This document shows, in pieces, positions 16,501 to 19,479 of a DNA stretch of 19,479 bases. The position numbers were made by a program, and so were the translations under genes. Under the pieces are notes generated by a model. It was not told where the DNA came from and did no database searches. It saw only the letters and a program-made list of their open reading frames with translations. This DNA is from Candidatus Aenigmatarchaeota archaeon. Lineage in GTDB: Archaea; Aenigmatarchaeota; Aenigmatarchaeia; Aenigmatarchaeales; JACQIB01. The first letter of the stretch is position 1, and each line of letters begins with the position of its first letter. The DNA lies in assembly GCA_043799675.1 (NCBI GenBank), contig JAZDNN010000005.1, positions 1 to 19,479 on the forward strand, in the 5' to 3' direction.

Positions 16501-17053
16501 CTGAGGAAGAATTGATTATTATGCCGTCATATCCGTCGATTATCCGGCTGCTCCCGTTAACGGAGACGATGGCACCCTCCCCTATGTAAATGCCCGATTT
16601 ACCGTGACCACCGTCAAAGCCCGCACCGCTGACGGTCGCGCCGGTCATGGTCAGATTTGACACGGCAGAGCCGCCGGACGAGACGCCGCTGACATTGAAC
16701 GTGAACGCATTTTCACCTACCTTACTTATGCTGGAACCGGCACCCATTATCAGTTTCCCGCCGTTCCTGACAATCACCCCGCAGGAGCCGGATGGGACGC
16801 AGTTGAACGTCACGTCGCAGTTGCCTAAATCGAGCGTGGCATCGTCGATGATAATGTTGTCGCCGTTCATGTTAATCGGCATGTCATCGCTGCAGGTGCA
16901 TGTCCCTCCGGGTATCAAAGCGTCTATCACCCAGTCACCGCTTGTATGGTCGCATTCTGAAGGACTCATGAAATGACCGCTCGTTTGCGGCTGCATCACT
17001 GAGATGACAAGCATGACAGCGGCCACTGCAAGGGCCAGCAGGAGGTACTTCAT
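13571..17053 (-). CDS. Large surface glycoprotein: right-handed beta-helix (NosD-like) repeats, three Ig-like repeats, PGF-pre-PGF-like domain, Cys-rich modules, TM, Lys-rich tail
   Basis: Signal peptide; GIxI...NxVxxN beta-helix repeats; three TNETx...NYTDGxYxSP repeats; poly-Gly linker; ATLRFSVKNSWL...GFSIFVI motif; many NxS/T sequons. Confidence 0.85.
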   Translation of the reverse strand: MKYLLLALAVAAVMLVISVMQPQTSGHFMSPSECDHTSGDWVIDALIPGGTCTCSDDMPINMNGDNIIIDDATLDLGNCDVTFNCVPSGSCGVIVRNGGKLIMGAGSSISKVGENAFTFNVSGVSSGGSAVSNLTMTGATVSGAGFDGGHGKSGIYIGEGAIVSVNGSSRIIDGYDGIIINSSSGNDIVDSYVDGSSGDGIYLCNVTNTVIRNNSVWNSDGNGIVVNGTGAVLKTPQSGNGVSISDNDVYNNDYGIIIVDSNLTDGNVTGNYVHKNRDDGIRDLNPYGEFYMTFNTITNNSGYAVYTNVITGPNILAEVQNNIMCYNSRSVYWEGWNGVSVPFYYEAGFAVYAPANNQFCVNATITLPYKGGCTDNDEMSFYVDGNPWAEAIPGGSNLPYGGFTNCTLYIDGVDKDSNLIVGMSNYTSLYFNGTLLDRGSHTYNITCDPPLTDIIPNSGSVNGNWDIIDPESDYFHNKTGGGSGPGCDPNVNLAVHWLDGTCNITHVVLSTNETDIHRNYTDGSYNSPWPIEGNQLWSNFTWWNASMENKWINWLAWANDTAGRWTSTTNATFQAIPCTESIVTGLGGGMSYGKCSNVTLTIFWNSSVVNISYAWLGTNETGAWKNYTDGTYGSPVPITEGADHTDFTWWNQSVRGHKVFWKGCANESLGNVNCTEVASFTAVPCANATPVASGVCGTLRLRVTWEDTAMNQSTVFLSTNETGAWRNYTDGTYGSPAAITEGADYTDFSWWNASMINRAIGWKVYWNSSWGDLMESSNSSFTATPCTSVTPITGGGGGGGGAVSGCNAIPLNSGVEFSLPATEANSSRTCTDSGLVRRLDLIFGSKTQGYTQVTIRNSTIPLMGLGNPSENVYIWLNITSTVPDVADATLRFSVKNSWLDSANLSKASLYRWNSGDKRWESLSVTVVNSTGGETLHEAALNGFSIFVIGGGTACSCPASIKGACVAGMLNETLWTCGPSNGFTCVQSAVERPCCDCQQDAFSDCLDAKHIRTSYECNQGTDYVCVPKIAEEDCIPPFELSGDQIVLFISVAVVAAVVLFFLWRRGSFRRAAKVKTQTPKPAAKVSVPQAKVLPPPSPKKIAVSKAVPKPAKRVVNKMPAKATTKKSVAEKAIKANPTKKVSPAAGTKPMPPKKKLKSPES

Positions 17054-17074
17054 ACATCTTGTTCCGCAGTAGCG

Positions 17075-17081
17075 TATTTAT
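17075..17081. promoter_or_regulatory. Putative bidirectional TATA box (TATTTAT)
   Basis: Centred in a 50-bp divergent gap, 22-23 nt from the starts at 17053 and 17104. Confidence 0.5.
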
Positions 17082-17103
17082 CCTTTGCACCAGATTATCA
17101 GGC

Positions 17104-17439
17104 ATGCCAGAGGCTTCTGAAAAGCCGCGAAAAAGGCTTCCCGCAATCGAGAAGAGTATAACCGACATCAGCGCGGACAGGGACGTCAGGGTGAGGATAC
17201 TGGGAACCTTGCTGGATTCCAGCGACAACACGATCCTGATTGATGACGGGACCGGAAAAGCGGAAGTCAGCTTCGACGACGGCAACGGGATTGACGGGCT
17301 GCAGAAAGGGCAGCTGGTCAGGATAATTGCGAGGGTCCTTCCCCTCATAGACGGCTATGCCCTGCGGGGGGAAGCGGTCCAGCGGCTGGAGGGGTTCGAT
17401 ATTCAGTTATATAAGAAAGCGAAGCAATTAGGGTTGTAA
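17104..17439 (+). CDS. Small single-OB-fold protein, RPA small subunit-like (archaeal RepA family)
   Basis: RxPAxEKxIxDI, VRILG, IDDGTG and VRIIARV motifs. ATG at 17104; ends 1 nt before PCNA. Confidence 0.8.
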   Translation: MPEASEKPRKRLPAIEKSITDISADRDVRVRILGTLLDSSDNTILIDDGTGKAEVSFDDGNGIDGLQKGQLVRIIARVLPLIDGYALRGEAVQRLEGFDIQLYKKAKQLGL

Positions 17440-17440
17440 C

Positions 17441-18193
17441 ATGTTCTCAGCAACAATCACCGACCAGAAGGTGCTCCGGGACAGCATAGATACGATCTCC
17501 TCGCTGATAGACGAGGGAATACTGAGGATAAAGCCGGACGGACTCGAGCTGATTGCGGCGGACAGGGCCATGGTGGCGATGGTGGACTGGAAGCTCTCAT
17601 CCACGGCGTTCGAGAGCTGGAACTGCGACAAGCCGCATTCGATAGGATTGAACCTCCTCAATCTGCTCACGGTCCTCAAAAGAGCAGGGACGGACGACAA
17701 GGTGACGCTCAAGCTGAACGAGGCGGAGAACCGGTTCGAAGTGACTCTTACAGGGGATTCGGTCAGGAAGTTCGCGGTGCCTTTGCTTGAGCTGGGCGGG
17801 GAGGAGACGCCGAACGTCTCGGCTTTTGAGTTCTCGGCCAACGCGGAAGTGAGTGCGGACGTGCTGGCGGCCGGCATTGATGATGCGGCCGTCATAGCGG
17901 ACAGCGTCACGGTCGAGCTGGAACCGTCAAGCCTGAAGATGTGGGCGGAGGGGGACAGCAGCAAGACCGAACTGAAGCTGGAGAAGGGAAGCATAGCGCT
18001 CACCAGTGTCAACGCATCAAGCTCGGCAAAGGCGAGATACCCGCTGGATTACATGAAAAAGGCGCTGAAGGCTGCCAGGCTGACTTCGCGGGCGAGCCTC
18101 AGGCTGAGCAACGATTACCCGATGAGGCTGGATTTCAACAGCGACAAGGTCAAACTGGGTTTCATCATAGCCCCGAGAGTGGCGGAAGAGTAA
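17441..18193 (+). CDS. pcn: DNA polymerase sliding clamp (PCNA)
   Basis: 250 aa; DTISSLIDEG, AADRAMVAMVD, ARYPLDYM, DYPMRL and terminal FIIAPRV motifs. Confidence 0.95.
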   Translation: MFSATITDQKVLRDSIDTISSLIDEGILRIKPDGLELIAADRAMVAMVDWKLSSTAFESWNCDKPHSIGLNLLNLLTVLKRAGTDDKVTLKLNEAENRFEVTLTGDSVRKFAVPLLELGGEETPNVSAFEFSANAEVSADVLAAGIDDAAVIADSVTVELEPSSLKMWAEGDSSKTELKLEKGSIALTSVNASSSAKARYPLDYMKKALKAARLTSRASLRLSNDYPMRLDFNSDKVKLGFIIAPRVAEE

Positions 18194-18412
18194 ATGCAGA
18201 GAAGGGTTCTGGGCAGCATAACGGCGGAAAATCACCCTAAAGGCAAATATGCGTTCCAAAGGTGTCAACAGGGCCTGGCACAATACAATGCGATTGCCGG
18301 CTCAGACGACCGGTCAAGGGCGCCCTTTTTCATATCCGAATCGGACTACATCGCCCTCGGCAGGCCGGCGGCAATCAATGTAACGACCAAGGTCGAAGTT
18401 ATCGGGCGCTGA
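18194..18412 (+). CDS. Hypothetical protein (72 aa)
   Basis: ATG directly abuts the PCNA stop (TAAATG). Confidence 0.55.
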   Translation: MQRRVLGSITAENHPKGKYAFQRCQQGLAQYNAIAGSDDRSRAPFFISESDYIALGRPAAINVTTKVEVIGR

Positions 18413-18446
18413 TCAGACTTTTATCCCGACAAACCGAACACTCTGC

Positions 18447-18752
18447 ATGCTGGAGATAGCGCTGGGCGTGGGTCTGGGCATACTGACGGTTGCCGCCTAC
18501 ATGCTCGTGGTCAAGAGGAAGCTCAAGGAAAGGCCCAGCCCGACCTATGAAAGGGTTGTCGGCGACCTGACCAGGCAAAATCCGGCGATGGGACGGTTCG
18601 CGCAGGAGCATTACAAGGATTACATCGAAAAATCCAGGCTGATTGACAGCATAGCGGGAACTCCGGGATACGAGGACCACGTGAAAATATTCGAAGGCAT
18701 CATCAAGTCCTACTACGGGCTGCACAGGCCCGACCGGGCACCGAAGAAATGA
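18447..18752 (+). CDS. Membrane-anchored hypothetical protein, paralog 1
   Basis: N-terminal TM MLEIALGVGLGILTV; TTTTAT about 24 nt upstream. Confidence 0.7.
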   Translation: MLEIALGVGLGILTVAAYMLVVKRKLKERPSPTYERVVGDLTRQNPAMGRFAQEHYKDYIEKSRLIDSIAGTPGYEDHVKIFEGIIKSYYGLHRPDRAPKK

Positions 18753-18848
18753 ACGGCAAAGGCCATCTTATTTATACGCGCAAAGACCAAAATTGAAGTC
18801 ATCGGGCGCTGATTGAATTATTTATGTGGGGAATATCCAATGCTGTAC

Positions 18849-19382
18849 ATGGAAGACATAGCCCTGGGGTTCGGTGCCGGTATCATAACCGTACTGGTAT
18901 TTTTGGAGATCGCCGCCGCAGCCAAGAGAATGAACATACTGGCGTTCAGGCAGATACAGGACACGCCGACGAGCGAGTTCTTCAACACCGCATTCAAGGA
19001 AGAGGATTTCAACCATTTCGTGGGGGAGCACTTCGGTGGCACCAGGAACTACTCCCACCTGCTAGCTTCGCTTGAAAAGAAAAGGGAATACGACCCGCAG
19101 CATTACATGAAATATGTGCGGGCGATAACCGACGGGGCGATTGCCAATCATTGCATCAGGTGCTCCGGAATCCCCCCTTCCCCAAAGGCCCCGGGTTACA
19201 CCGAATCAGTGTTAAAGAACACCTCAACTCCCTTGTTATTGATTCCGGCAAAGACGCGTCTTCCGCTGAAAGCCGACCTTACGCGGAAAATAGCTCTCCC
19301 GCCGAAACCACCTGCCGCACGGAAGCATTCCAAGCCGAAACACGCCTTAAGGGCCAAGAGCGGCAAGCACAAGCGGAAGTAA
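18849..19382 (+). CDS. Membrane-anchored hypothetical protein, paralog 2, with a basic C-terminal tail
   Basis: N-terminal MEDIALGFGAGIITV aligns with its neighbours, supporting ATG 18849 (alternative 18840); TATTTAT upstream. Confidence 0.7.
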   Translation: MEDIALGFGAGIITVLVFLEIAAAAKRMNILAFRQIQDTPTSEFFNTAFKEEDFNHFVGEHFGGTRNYSHLLASLEKKREYDPQHYMKYVRAITDGAIANHCIRCSGIPPSPKAPGYTESVLKNTSTPLLLIPAKTRLPLKADLTRKIALPPKPPAARKHSKPKHALRAKSGKHKRK

Positions 19383-19415
19383 AATCTTTATATTCGTGGG
19401 CAAGGAATCCTGTTC

Positions 19416-19479
19416 ATGCTTGAGATAGCGCTCGGATTCGGCGCCGGGATGTTGTTCGTGCTGGCCGTCTACACGGCCG
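19416..19479 (+). CDS. Membrane-anchored hypothetical protein, paralog 3 (truncated by window end)
   Basis: Reads MLEIALGFGAGMLFVLAVYTA; TTTATAT about 23 nt upstream. Not in the ORF track. Confidence 0.7.
   Translation, partial: MLEIALGFGAGMLFVLAVYTA

Noticed and set aside
14810..18813. Diversity-generating retroelement TR/VR pairs among the duplicated segments
   Set aside because: Mismatches are not confined to adenines and there is no reverse transcriptase.

Overview
Archaeal chromosomal DNA. Evidence: PCNA, a GGGP synthase, a BHB-intron tRNA, and TATA-like boxes about 22-25 nt before most start codons. Gene content and motifs suggest a DPANN-type lineage (inference only). Left to right: membrane-anchored surface proteins including a ~1356-aa M64-like metallopeptidase with Ig-like repeats; DUF460 protein; geranylgeranylglyceryl-phosphate synthase; A24 prepilin peptidase; tRNA m1A58 methyltransferase; an orphan pyrI; tRNA-Pro(CGG) with two non-canonical introns; a SpoIIM/DUF95 membrane protein; a 1160-aa beta-helix/PGF-pre-PGF surface glycoprotein; a small RPA-like OB-fold protein; PCNA; and a tandem array of paralogous membrane-anchored proteins. 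The most unusual region is 12135-12757. A 64-bp palindromic repeat occurs twice there, plus a partial copy, each at the 3' end of a consecutive minus-strand gene. One copy is bracketed by a 14-bp duplication of the tRNA 3' end and carries a nested 47-bp double-hairpin insert. All family calls come from motif recognition by eye; no database search was run.
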